From Nitrospirota bacterium (lineage in GTDB: Bacteria > Nitrospirota > UBA9217): DNA of 64,000 nt. Made by a program: the position numbers and the translations under genes. The notes under the pieces were generated by a model that was not told the DNA's origin, did not search any database, and worked only from the letters and a program-made list of their open reading frames with translations. Positions within the stretch are counted from its first letter, which is position 1, and each line of letters opens with the position of its first letter. Positions 55,304 to 64,000 of the stretch are shown here, piece by piece. The stretch covers positions 1,408,001-1,472,000 of the forward strand of contig CAWCKW010000012.1 in assembly GCA_963796285.1 (NCBI GenBank), in the 5' to 3' direction.

Positions 55304-56447
55304 GTTTTTCAGTGCTCCTTAGCAGTTCTTCAGCCGCATGGAAAACGTCATCCACGGAAAGATCCTCCATGCAGGCGTTGTACCGCTCGTAACGGCATGA
55401 ATTTTCATCACAGGCGGAGCGGCACGGGAATTCCTTCTCCACGACACAATGCCCCTCTCCGTAAGGCCGGGTCTCCACGCTCTTGGACGGTCCGAAGATC
55501 GCCACCGTCGGCGTCTTTATGGCCGCGGCAAGGTGCATGGGCGCGCTGTCGTTGCAGATGAACAGGTCGGCCCGGGCCAGCACGCCCGCCATCTCCCGGA
55601 GGCTGAGCGCTCCGGCAAGCGAGACCGGTTTTCGTTTCATGCATGAGGCCATTTCCGCGACCAGGGCTTTTTCACTCCCCGCTCCGAACACGACCACGGG
55701 CATGCCGTATTTTTCCATCAGTCCGTCGCACAGCGCGCTGTACCGCTGCACAGGCCACCGCTTAAGCAACAGCCTGCTGCCGGGATGGACCGCGATAAAC
55801 GGCTTTCCGATGCCCTGCTCCGCCATGATCGCGCTGACCCGCTGCTGCTCCTTGCCGTCCAGGTAGATCCCCCATTCCAGACCGTTGCCCCGGTACCCCA
55901 GATAGCGGACCAGATCGAGATGGTATTCCACCTTGTGCTTTAACCCCGGATAGGGAACAACATTGGTGAGCAGATAACCCCCGCCTCCGACGTCGTAGCT
56001 CAGGCGGTACCGCGCCCTGAAGCGCCAGGCGAGCAACAAAATATCCCGAATGTCCGCCCTGGCCTCGATCACCAGATCGAAGGTCCTCGTGCGCATCTGC
56101 TGTATGAACTCCCGGTACGCCCGTATCGAGGACGGGTAGAACCAGAAGGGATCGTGCTCGATCACCTCGTCCACGAAGGGGTTGTTCTTCAGCACCTCGG
56201 CGGCCCCTGTTGCGGTCAAAAAGGAGATCTTCACGCCCGGGTACAGTTCCTTCAACGGCTTGAGCACCGGAAGGGTCATCACCACATCGCCGATGTAGGC
56301 GGTGCGGATGATCAGAATGTTTTTGATCTCATCTGTCCGTACCTTACCGTTCTTTCGGAACAGCCGGTAAGCACCGAAGAGGAGACGACCGATCCCGTCC
56401 GCAACAGCAGTGGCGACGAGCTTTTTTTTATTTATGATCTTGTACAT
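55290..56447 (-). CDS. GT9 glycosyltransferase (heptosyltransferase-like)
   Basis: IGDVV, HPGS...KRWP, NDSAPMHLAAA, IFGPS. Confidence 0.9.
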   Translation of the reverse strand: MYKIINKKKLVATAVADGIGRLLFGAYRLFRKNGKVRTDEIKNILIIRTAYIGDVVMTLPVLKPLKELYPGVKISFLTATGAAEVLKNNPFVDEVIEHDPFWFYPSSIRAYREFIQQMRTRTFDLVIEARADIRDILLLAWRFRARYRLSYDVGGGGYLLTNVVPYPGLKHKVEYHLDLVRYLGYRGNGLEWGIYLDGKEQQRVSAIMAEQGIGKPFIAVHPGSRLLLKRWPVQRYSALCDGLMEKYGMPVVVFGAGSEKALVAEMASCMKRKPVSLAGALSLREMAGVLARADLFICNDSAPMHLAAAIKTPTVAIFGPSKSVETRPYGEGHCVVEKEFPCRSACDENSCRYERYNACMEDLSVDDVFHAAEELLRSTEKHVQI

Positions 56448-57292
56448 AATGTCTGCACAGCAAGCAGATAGTTCAGGATCCGTGCCTTCTGGTTTGCCTG
56501 CCGAGGGACCCAGTGGTAATCCCCGATCTTTCCCTCGTCAAATAACGTATTGAGGGGATTGTCATTGCACTTCGTCCATGCCGCCTTTCCCCGGGTCGCC
56601 AGGTTTATGAGCTCGATGGCATGTCCCTTATAGGCGCCCTGCATGTGGTCTTCTTCTCCCTGGTAGCGGAAGTATCCGCAGGGTACGTCACCCATGAACC
56701 GCGATGGTTCCCGTTCGTTCCAGAAAAGGTCATTCGCTGTGGGAAAACCCTTCAACGGCTTGTGCGTATCTTTCTTGGTGATGTTGAACCTGTTCGAAGG
56801 TCCTTCCCAGTCAAAAAGATATTGCACCGGCAGGTCGAACCGTGCCAGCGCGCCCGCGGCTATGGCGACCCCGATCGAAAACGAAAAGATGCCGATTTGG
56901 TCCATGTCCACCGAGGAATGCTTTGAAAATGAGTCTACGACGCGCGCAAACTCCTCCTGATGCAGGGGGCCCCAAAAATCCTCCTGCCCTCCTGTCTTTC
57001 CCCTCCCTAAGGGATCATAGTGGAGGACCGTGAATCCCAGGGCAGCGACATCGTCGGCAGTAATTTCCGTGTTCCCGTCATAATCCGTTCCCGTGCTGCC
57101 TCCGCCGGGTACGAAAACGACACCAGGATATCGGCCCGCGGAGACCGGACGATGAATGTGAGCATAGACAGGTACCCCCCCGGGACGAACGATCCAGGCC
57201 TCGTCACAGGCAGTGGAAACGACGCGGTATCCGGCCACGTTCTCAAAAACATGTTGTTTGTTCTTCCGGAACAGTCTCTGCAGAATGTTCAT
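56432..57292 (-). CDS. Alpha/beta-hydrolase-fold protein
   Basis: VFVPGG, YDPLGRG, SFSIG elbow. Confidence 0.7.
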   Translation of the reverse strand: MNILQRLFRKNKQHVFENVAGYRVVSTACDEAWIVRPGGVPVYAHIHRPVSAGRYPGVVFVPGGGSTGTDYDGNTEITADDVAALGFTVLHYDPLGRGKTGGQEDFWGPLHQEEFARVVDSFSKHSSVDMDQIGIFSFSIGVAIAAGALARFDLPVQYLFDWEGPSNRFNITKKDTHKPLKGFPTANDLFWNEREPSRFMGDVPCGYFRYQGEEDHMQGAYKGHAIELINLATRGKAAWTKCNDNPLNTLFDEGKIGDYHWVPRQANQKARILNYLLAVQTLCTRS

Positions 57293-57359
57293 ACCAGCTG
57301 AAATCTCCGAAACCTATTCATGGTAAGCGGCATTGTGGATCGTATGCATGGTCCCTGGT

Positions 57360-58319
57360 TCAGCCCGAGCCTTCGACCTTCTCGGGCTCGATCATTTTCC
57401 CCACCATGAAGCGGTCGAGAAAATGCATCCAGCCCGGAAAGCGGGAAACATAATACTCCATTCTTTCGATGAACTGCCCGGTAACGGCCTTGATGCTCTC
57501 TTCTCCTTTTCCGCTTGAGGTCAAAGGCCGCTCGATCACGATCCGGTACCGTTTCCGCTCACCGGGTACGATGAACATCGGAAGAATAGAAGCCCCTGTT
57601 TTGTCGGCAAGGATGGCCGGGCCAAGAGGGAACAAGACCTTCCGTCCGAAGAAGCTGAAGATCTCGTATCTTCCCACCCGTTTCTCCGTACCGCTTCCAT
57701 CGCCGGTTATCATAATGACCCCGTTGTCGTGCAGCCACCGAAAGGCGGACCGCAGGAAGCCGTCTGCCATGATTATCTCGGCGGGAATCTTTGCCTCATA
57801 GCGCAGGCGAAGTCTGAACGCCACGTTCCTGCCGATCCAGCTGAGCCCCTCATCTGAGGGGAGCCCGATCTGCTTCATCCTGTAGCCGAGCCGTGCAAGC
57901 ACCACCAGCGGCAAATGCACCGGACCGAAGTGACCATGAACAAGAACCACACCCTTTCCACGTTTCAGCGCTTCGTCCAGATGTTCCAGACCATCCATTT
58001 CCACCAGCCGCTCCACGTCTCGAGCGCGGAACTTTGGAAAAACAAAAATCAGAAGGCGGTCCACATAATGGTTTCGGAAGTACTCCCGGACGCCGGCCGC
58101 CATCGATGCCCTTGTCCCCTCTGGTTTATCTTTCTGCAAGAGCGCAAGATTCTTGAGAAGCAGGGTCTTCCCCCCCTTCGAGAGGGAGAAGTGAATATCT
58201 CCAAAAGCGCTGAGCAAGGCAATACCCTGCTTGACAGGAATGATGGTTATTACCCACCTCAGCGGATACCACACAAAGAGGCGAAGTACATCACGAAAAA
58301 TACTTTCACGTACCTGCAT
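57360..58319 (-). CDS. LpxL/lysophospholipid acyltransferase family protein
   Basis: GLEHLDEAL..GKGVVL..HFG, FFGR..FP.GP.LA, P.W. Confidence 0.82.
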   Translation of the reverse strand: MQVRESIFRDVLRLFVWYPLRWVITIIPVKQGIALLSAFGDIHFSLSKGGKTLLLKNLALLQKDKPEGTRASMAAGVREYFRNHYVDRLLIFVFPKFRARDVERLVEMDGLEHLDEALKRGKGVVLVHGHFGPVHLPLVVLARLGYRMKQIGLPSDEGLSWIGRNVAFRLRLRYEAKIPAEIIMADGFLRSAFRWLHDNGVIMITGDGSGTEKRVGRYEIFSFFGRKVLFPLGPAILADKTGASILPMFIVPGERKRYRIVIERPLTSSGKGEESIKAVTGQFIERMEYYVSRFPGWMHFLDRFMVGKMIEPEKVEGSG

Positions 58320-58326
58320 TTTTACC

Positions 58327-58497
58327 TTAAGCCCCTGGCAACTGCTGCACGGTCCTATCGCAAATAATAATAAACTTTATCACGGCACTGAGAAGAGCAT
58401 GGTTCTCTTCTCTGTTGAGGTGTTTCGAAGTGGGACCCTCCTCGAAGGGGGCCGCCGCACTGTCATGATAAAACGCTGAAATTCCCATGACATTCAT
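58327..58497 (-). pseudogene. Truncated carbamoyltransferase N-terminus (56-aa ORF)
   Basis: MNVMGISAFYHDSAAA then unrelated sequence; AAGGAG RBS. Confidence 0.65.
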
Positions 58498-58537
58498 TGT
58501 TCAGGAAACTCCTTGTTCTCGACCTGTCGGAAATCCT

Positions 58538-59791
58538 CTAGTTGAATGCATCGAGTTTCCTCTGGAGATCCGACAGCTTCTTATCTTTATCGCTGACCAC
58601 AAGAAGATCCTTCTGTAAAATATATTGCGATACCAGCAGGGACAACAGATCATTTCCCTTGATGTTCAAGTGCGGATCGTTGCCCCAATACAAGTCTTGA
58701 TCGCGATTCAGCACATGACGGGTCTGGCGGGCCCTTTTCTTGAAAAGAGGCAATACATCGAGATGATCAATGCCTTCTTTATTGAAAAAATCGCGCAGCA
58801 TGTTCTGCGGTTTTTCCCTGTCCATTCCCTCCCAGCTGGTAAGGAAGGGATAGACCTGTTCCCGGTAAGGAATGATCACCACCAGAAGCCGGGACCCATG
58901 CCGGTCCGCAAGCGCTTTGAACGTCCGGAGATTTGAAAAATGAACGGACCAGGCCCGATCCACCCATGGTTTGTCGGAAAACGCGAGGGTGAAAGGGGTT
59001 ATCGCCTTGGTCTTTACGAGGATGTCCTTGACAAACGGCACCCTGAGGAGCATCGAACGCGCAGAGTATTTAAGCATATGGTATACGATCGATTGCCGTT
59101 CGGCCCGCCATTTAAAATTTTTGAGTAAAATGTTGTGCGGGTATTCCTTGACCCCGAATGCCTTATCTTCTTCCAGTGCGGCCTTTTCTTTATCGACAAT
59201 TTTGCCCGTTTCCATGTCCTGGATTTCCCGCGTAACGACCGGATAACCATCAATGACCGTAGCGTTGGGGAACAGGTAGTCATCTTCAAGATCGTTCAGA
59301 AAATATCCGACGATGATAAGTTTCGGCGATCGTTTTGTCCTTGAGATAACATCGGCGGCTTTTAACAGCTCCTGTCTTGTACCGTATCCGCCAACGCCGC
59401 ATTTTAATATCCGTTGCCCCAGAAGGTTCTCCGTCTTCGTTCCCCATTTGTCATTGAACGGCGCAAAGCCAAAGGTAAAACTGTCACCCACCAACAGGGT
59501 AAAATCCTTCTCTCCTGTATAGGGCATGTCAAAACAACCGAGCTCGTTCGACCAGATGCTATATTTTAGTCCGTCGACAAATGCCGAGGAGAGCGGGGCG
59601 TTATCGCGGATATCGTAACCCTTAACCGGATCAGCCTTTAGATAGTTTCGTAAGGGCTCGATCTGTATGGCAGGCAACAGGTTCTTATACGGGGTAAATC
59701 TCAGGACTATTTCCGTCAGAACAAGCATGACAAGAATGCTGGTCAATGCCAGAACAAGGTTTACAGCATATCGCGTTAATGCCCTTTTCAT
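58538..59791 (-). CDS. Membrane-anchored SGNH/GDSL protein (AlgX/AlgJ/PatB-like)
   Basis: N-terminal TM, GDSFTFG, GVGGYG, NDL, DPHLN. Confidence 0.85.
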   Translation of the reverse strand: MKRALTRYAVNLVLALTSILVMLVLTEIVLRFTPYKNLLPAIQIEPLRNYLKADPVKGYDIRDNAPLSSAFVDGLKYSIWSNELGCFDMPYTGEKDFTLLVGDSFTFGFAPFNDKWGTKTENLLGQRILKCGVGGYGTRQELLKAADVISRTKRSPKLIIVGYFLNDLEDDYLFPNATVIDGYPVVTREIQDMETGKIVDKEKAALEEDKAFGVKEYPHNILLKNFKWRAERQSIVYHMLKYSARSMLLRVPFVKDILVKTKAITPFTLAFSDKPWVDRAWSVHFSNLRTFKALADRHGSRLLVVIIPYREQVYPFLTSWEGMDREKPQNMLRDFFNKEGIDHLDVLPLFKKRARQTRHVLNRDQDLYWGNDPHLNIKGNDLLSLLVSQYILQKDLLVVSDKDKKLSDLQRKLDAFN

Positions 59792-61065
59792 TTTAAGTCC
59801 TTCAAGGTGAGTAAAAGATTAAATATCTTTTCAATAAACAGCGTGGAGGGGTTCGTAAAATACTGTGGGTAGAGAAGGGTTTCCCCAGCCTGTAGGGAGC
59901 CGTTCTTGAGAGCAATGTCATAAAGTTTTGTATTCGGTTCGATCCGCATGGAGTTAAATTCAAAGTGCACCCTCTTGCCCATTTGCATCTTTGCTTTGAG
60001 CACGAAATAAATGAGGCGAAAAAACGCCGCTACACTCTGTCCGGGAGGATTTTTGAAAAAATTGTAACTGACCTCGAACCCATCGATACTTTTCAGAAGG
60101 TCATACGTGGCAATGATGTCGCGGGTGTGAATGTTTTTGCCGAGGTTCTGCAATACTTCATCGGAAAACCCGTCAGGAGACAGAATAATATTCCTGCAGC
60201 CGGCGCTCTTGAGCAGCTCAATAAATTCTCTCGTAAGCCCCTTTTCCGTGAACCAGGCAGACCATTTCAGCGTGAGGCCGCGTCGTTTTATCTCGGTACA
60301 GATTTTTACGGCATGGTCCTGCGGCAGGTTGAAGACTGAATCCACAAACGTGAACTGTTCGACCCCCTCTTCCGCCAGCGCTTCAATCTCGTCGACGACC
60401 CTCTGTGCACTTCTGAGCCTCATTTTCTTCCCGTTCAGAAAGCCGTAGATACAGTAAACACATGCAAGGGCGCAGCCCCGCTTTGATTCGATTCCGATGG
60501 CCTCTCTCGTTTTTTGATAGGGTGCGACGGGGATCAATTTTCTATCGGGTAGCGGAGCGGCATCAAGGTCTATTTTATCGTCACTGCCGCCGGTGAAGAC
60601 CACTTCGCCGTTCTTGCGGTAATAAACCGATTTTACCTTATGAGGGGCCGTCGGATCTTCAAGAAGCTTTTGAAAGGACGCCTCCCCCTCAAGCATGACG
60701 CCGATATCGATGCGCGGTTCATCCTTCATGATTTCCGCTGCGAACATCGAAAAGCCGGAACCTCCGATTACGATCGGCGCCCCGGAGCAGTTCTTAATAA
60801 CACCGACGGTCTCTTTTAAAAAAGGATAATAGAATACGACCTTCTTTTTATTTGTGGAGTCGATGTTCCGAAGAGATATCCCGACTATGTCCGGGTGAAA
60901 ATCCTTTAAGATTACGCCTAAATCCTGGAAAGGGTCGGCAGAGAGATTGGAATCAAAGACCCGTATTTCATGGTTTTTCAACGATGAGACGAGGCAAGCC
61001 AAGCCGATCGGATATACCACCGGCTCGTTCCCGCCGAGATATGATTGCACAAGAAGCACTTTCAC
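59788..61065 (-). CDS. B12-binding radical SAM protein (resembles the lipid-biosynthesis-associated SLRNID type)
   Basis: YPIGL, GISLRNID, KRGCALACVYC, FVDSVFN. Confidence 0.85.
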   Translation of the reverse strand: MKVLLVQSYLGGNEPVVYPIGLACLVSSLKNHEIRVFDSNLSADPFQDLGVILKDFHPDIVGISLRNIDSTNKKKVVFYYPFLKETVGVIKNCSGAPIVIGGSGFSMFAAEIMKDEPRIDIGVMLEGEASFQKLLEDPTAPHKVKSVYYRKNGEVVFTGGSDDKIDLDAAPLPDRKLIPVAPYQKTREAIGIESKRGCALACVYCIYGFLNGKKMRLRSAQRVVDEIEALAEEGVEQFTFVDSVFNLPQDHAVKICTEIKRRGLTLKWSAWFTEKGLTREFIELLKSAGCRNIILSPDGFSDEVLQNLGKNIHTRDIIATYDLLKSIDGFEVSYNFFKNPPGQSVAAFFRLIYFVLKAKMQMGKRVHFEFNSMRIEPNTKLYDIALKNGSLQAGETLLYPQYFTNPSTLFIEKIFNLLLTLKDLK

Positions 61066-62558
61066 GATTTGCCCATCATTCGCTTGAATAATTTATACAT
61101 CATTTGTAATGATCGGTACAGCCATTTAAAAAACGGCCTCAAGGGCCTGCTGTTCAAAGTCTCAACAAGCGGGGAACTGACCAGAAACTTGAGCAGCGCA
61201 CTGGGAAACTTCCCCCCCTTGGCAAGCGTCATAAGCAAGTTGAGATAATTCGGCTCGCGCATGGTATAACTCTTGGCGTACACCTCTTTCCGCTCGTCCC
61301 GGACCAGACCGTCCCGCTTCGCCATCTCGTGCAGCTTCGTGCCGGGGTACAGCACCAGGGCGAAGGGCTGGAGCTGGAAGGGCTTGGGGAACTGCGCGAT
61401 CAGCTTCAAACTCTCGATCACGTCCTGCTCCGTTTCGTAGGGGACGTCCAGGATGAAATCATAGCTGGGCGGAAACATCTTGTCTTTATACTTGTTGATG
61501 ATCCGAACGGCCTGCATGACCTTCTCGTTCGACATGGTCTTCCGGTTGAAGAGCTCCTGGATCTTGCAGCTGCCGGTCTGGATGCCCATCTGGACATAGA
61601 TAAGCCCCGCATCGACGAGGAGTTTCATCTTTTCCTCGTTCACCGTCAGGGGGCTCGCCAGGCAGCTGAAAGGGAGGCCGATCTTTTCCTTGTACTCCCG
61701 GCAGAACTCCTCGAGGGCCTTCGTATTGCGGGCAAAGAATGCGTCGTCCGAGATCCAGATGAAGCCCACATAGGGCATGTGCTTCCGGACCCGGATCAGT
61801 TCCTCCATCACATGGGCCGTGGAGCGCCATCGCAGATAGCCTTCGCTGCCGTAGATGTTCTTGATCGCATCGTTGATGCAATAGGTGCATTTGTGAGGGC
61901 AGCCCCGTCCGGTCATGGTCTGGTACCCGATCCGGTGCAGGTAGTGCGATACGGTGCCGCGCTCGAGGAACTGCTTCGTCAGCTCCTCGGTCAGCGGCTG
62001 CACGCGGCCCTCGAACAGGACATGGTGGTCCTCCATGCTGTAGTCCGGCACGGGATAGGCATCAAGGTTAGTGGTGAGGGGGCGCACAGGGTTCTTGATG
62101 ATCCCGCCGTCCTTCTTCAGCCACATGTTCCGGGTTGTGGAATAATCCTGGCCCGCGGCCATCCGGTTTACCAACTCAAGCAGCGCTTCTTCTCCGTCGC
62201 CGACGCAGACCAGGTCGGCATGCTGCAGCGATTCTTCAGGCCTGATGGTGGGATGCACACCGCCCCATATCACGGGGACCGTGAGCTCCCGCTTTATGCG
62301 TTCCGTCACCTGAACGGCGCCGTCGAAGAAATTGGTCATCAGGGTCATGCCGATCAGGTCCGTATCCCTGCACAAGGAAACAACCTCGTCCAGGATATGG
62401 TCATCATACCGCTTGACGCCATAGAGTAAGTTGTCCCCCATTGGATCAGGAATAAAGATCATCCTCGTCTCGTGGCCATTGCGTTTTAAGTACGCGGAAA
62501 TCGTTCTTAGACCAAAAGAGGTTATGTCGGGATAGGGAGATATAAGTGCTATTTTCAT
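61062..62558 (-). CDS. B12-binding radical SAM protein
   Basis: WGGVHPT, GDGE, RGCPHKCTYC, SDDAF, YPGT. Confidence 0.88.
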   Translation of the reverse strand: MKIALISPYPDITSFGLRTISAYLKRNGHETRMIFIPDPMGDNLLYGVKRYDDHILDEVVSLCRDTDLIGMTLMTNFFDGAVQVTERIKRELTVPVIWGGVHPTIRPEESLQHADLVCVGDGEEALLELVNRMAAGQDYSTTRNMWLKKDGGIIKNPVRPLTTNLDAYPVPDYSMEDHHVLFEGRVQPLTEELTKQFLERGTVSHYLHRIGYQTMTGRGCPHKCTYCINDAIKNIYGSEGYLRWRSTAHVMEELIRVRKHMPYVGFIWISDDAFFARNTKALEEFCREYKEKIGLPFSCLASPLTVNEEKMKLLVDAGLIYVQMGIQTGSCKIQELFNRKTMSNEKVMQAVRIINKYKDKMFPPSYDFILDVPYETEQDVIESLKLIAQFPKPFQLQPFALVLYPGTKLHEMAKRDGLVRDERKEVYAKSYTMREPNYLNLLMTLAKGGKFPSALLKFLVSSPLVETLNSRPLRPFFKWLYRSLQMMYKLFKRMMGKS

Positions 62559-62878
62559 CGTGGTGTACCCCTTGCGTGACCATAAGGATTGAACAGTATG
62601 CTGAGACACATATCGCTGGCTGTTCAGGCGAGGAAAAAGACGACAACCTCGACGAAATGTCGCCTTGATAACATCACCGGCAGACTATTTCTTCGGTTGT
62701 GATTCCCGCAATGACCGGTAGTGGAGCTTTTGGCGCAATCGCTTAACCTACCTAAAGTCCGCCCCTTGTGCGAGGCCATGGGCAATCGACTGTTAAAAAA
62801 CTTTCCGCAAAAAATCGTACACCCGATTCCTGTGAAAGGGCGCGCGTTGTGTCTCCAGGGTGTAAGCGTCCGCGGTCA

Positions 62879-62993
62879 TTGAAACTCCCTGCTGCAAGCT
62901 GCACGGCATCTCGATTCTTAAGGTAAGGACATAATCGTATTCGCTCGCTAACCCAGCAGCAAGCCCGGGGAATGCGCTCACCCCAGAATTTAA
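62879..62993. repeat. Small non-autonomous repeat with two CCC.GC.GCAAGC hairpin cores (possible IS200/IS605-end derivative)
   Basis: ccctgctgcaagctgcacgg and cccagcagcaagcccgggg copies about 65 nt apart. Confidence 0.4.
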
Positions 62994-63148
62994 AACAACG
63001 TATACACGAACGGCGCAATCGCGGAGCCAGACGTAAAAACGATCAAGGCGCTTAATAACAATAGAAAGATAATGATGGGTATTAACCACCATTTCTTTCG
63101 TACCTTCAGAAAATCCCAGATCTCGCGGAGTATTGCTGCTTTGCCCAT
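62990..63148 (-). CDS. DUF5989/SxtK-like small membrane protein
   Basis: WDFLKVRKKWWLIPII...SAIAPFVYTLF; AGGAGG RBS. Confidence 0.88.
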   Translation of the reverse strand: MGKAAILREIWDFLKVRKKWWLIPIIIFLLLLSALIVFTSGSAIAPFVYTLF

Positions 63149-63158
63149 GTGCCTCCTC

Positions 63159-63581
63159 CTAAAATTGCCTTTTATATTGTTCCCGGTCGCTGACCGCGTC
63201 ATGCTTCTTCCAGTAGGTAGGGGTCTCCTTCTGGATACGCTCATCCAGCAAATCCTTACCCATTAATTTCAGCAGCCTTCCCCAGGGCGTCATGATCAGG
63301 AAAAATGCAGCCGTCAAGACCAGCCTCGTCATCAGCCAGCCCATCACAAAAGCCAGCGCCATCCACAACCGATAGGGCAGACCTAATGTCATCGGGAAAA
63401 AGATACCCGCCAGAAGAAACACCATGCTCGCGCCGGCAGGCCACATTCCGTTCGGGCTTCCTTTCCAAAACAGAGCCCCCGCCCAGACGCCGAAGAGGGC
63501 GCAAAAGAGCAGGGCGAAACTGCGCAGTGTCTTGGGCGTCACCTCGAGGCCGGTCAGTTCCTTTTTGATCTCCGAAATCAT
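63159..63581 (-). CDS. SxtJ family membrane protein
   Basis: LRSF, LWMALAFVMGW, MTP.G, KDLL, TYW, QF. Confidence 0.85.
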   Translation of the reverse strand: MISEIKKELTGLEVTPKTLRSFALLFCALFGVWAGALFWKGSPNGMWPAGASMVFLLAGIFFPMTLGLPYRLWMALAFVMGWLMTRLVLTAAFFLIMTPWGRLLKLMGKDLLDERIQKETPTYWKKHDAVSDREQYKRQF

Positions 63582-63588
63582 AGGCACC

Positions 63589-64000
63589 TCAATCCAGTTC
63601 ATACTCCTTCTTCCAGTCCACGTCATGCCGCCACTCCGGCTGCTTCGTTTTGTCCAGAACGTACGAGCCCATGACCAGATAGTCCATGTGCGTTCTCATG
63701 AAACATCGATAGGCATCCTGCGGCGTGCAGACGATCGGTTCCCCGCGCACATTGAACGACGTGTTGATAATGACGGGGCACCCCGTTTTCCGATAAAATT
63801 CTTCGAGCGTCGCATGGTAGAGCGGGTTCGTTTCCTTGTGTACCGTCTGGATGCGGGCGGAGTAGTCCACATGCGTAACGGCTGGTATCGTGCTTCTAAT
63901 GACGTTCAACTTGTCAATGCCCCAGAGCCGTTCTTCATCTGCAGTCATCGTTCGCCGCCTGTCTTTTTTCACATCTGCCACCAACAGCATGTACGGGCTT
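63589..64000 (-). CDS. NodU/CmcH/SxtI-family carbamoyltransferase, C-terminal part (5' truncated)
   Basis: SPYMLL, PAVTHVDYSARIQTV, NTSFNVRGEPIVC. Confidence 0.92.
   Translation of the reverse strand, partial: SPYMLLVADVKKDRRRTMTADEERLWGIDKLNVIRSTIPAVTHVDYSARIQTVHKETNPLYHATLEEFYRKTGCPVIINTSFNVRGEPIVCTPQDAYRCFMRTHMDYLVMGSYVLDKTKQPEWRHDVDWKKEYELD

Noticed and set aside
62990-64000. Saxitoxin biosynthesis
   Set aside because: Only sxtI/J/K-like genes are present; no sxtA, sxtG or sxtB core genes in the window.
45309-64000. tRNA-integrated genomic island
   Set aside because: The cluster lies on the 5' side of tRNA-Leu, and there is no integrase or duplicated tRNA 3' end in view.

Overview
Bacterial chromosomal window, probably from an anaerobic Nitrospirota-like lineage (inferred from gene content and order). 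About 15 genes between roughly 9 and 49 kb are split by single-base indels, most likely long-read consensus errors. From left to right the window holds: the start of a V/A-type ATP synthase operon (H/G-I-K-E-C, minus strand); a glyoxalase and a geranylgeranyl-reductase-family gene; a nonaheme cytochrome c plus cytochrome b pair (split CbcL-like) followed by ubiE/menG, a hypothetical gene and a TIGR04190-type B12-radical SAM gene; ogg, rhodanese, an NtrY-like kinase, a LysM lipoprotein, ald, a CZB protein and a DUF362/polyferredoxin pair; accD and a class II cAMP phosphodiesterase; trpEGDCFBA; an orphan type IIA topoisomerase B subunit; a cupin-GalT-transketolase-SDR-RuBisCO-like protein run; sirC, bamD and tRNA-Leu(CAG); and an 18 kb co-oriented cell-envelope modification cluster. 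That cluster has a carbamoyltransferase/SxtJ/DUF5989 module, three B12-radical SAM enzymes, an SGNH protein, an acyltransferase, GT9, GT2, DUF362, an acetylene-hydratase-family Mo/W enzyme, an AP-superfamily enzyme and cysDN. Best candidates for undescribed systems: (1) an R. rubrum-type RLP paired with a transketolase whose C1-hydroxyl-binding histidines appear replaced, suggesting a 5'-deoxynucleoside/MTA salvage branch; (2) the radical-SAM/Mo-enzyme/sulfate-activating glyco-modification cluster; (3) a quinol-oxidase plus quinone-tailoring locus. Intergenic spaces carry several families of short palindromic repeats and small gene remnants.
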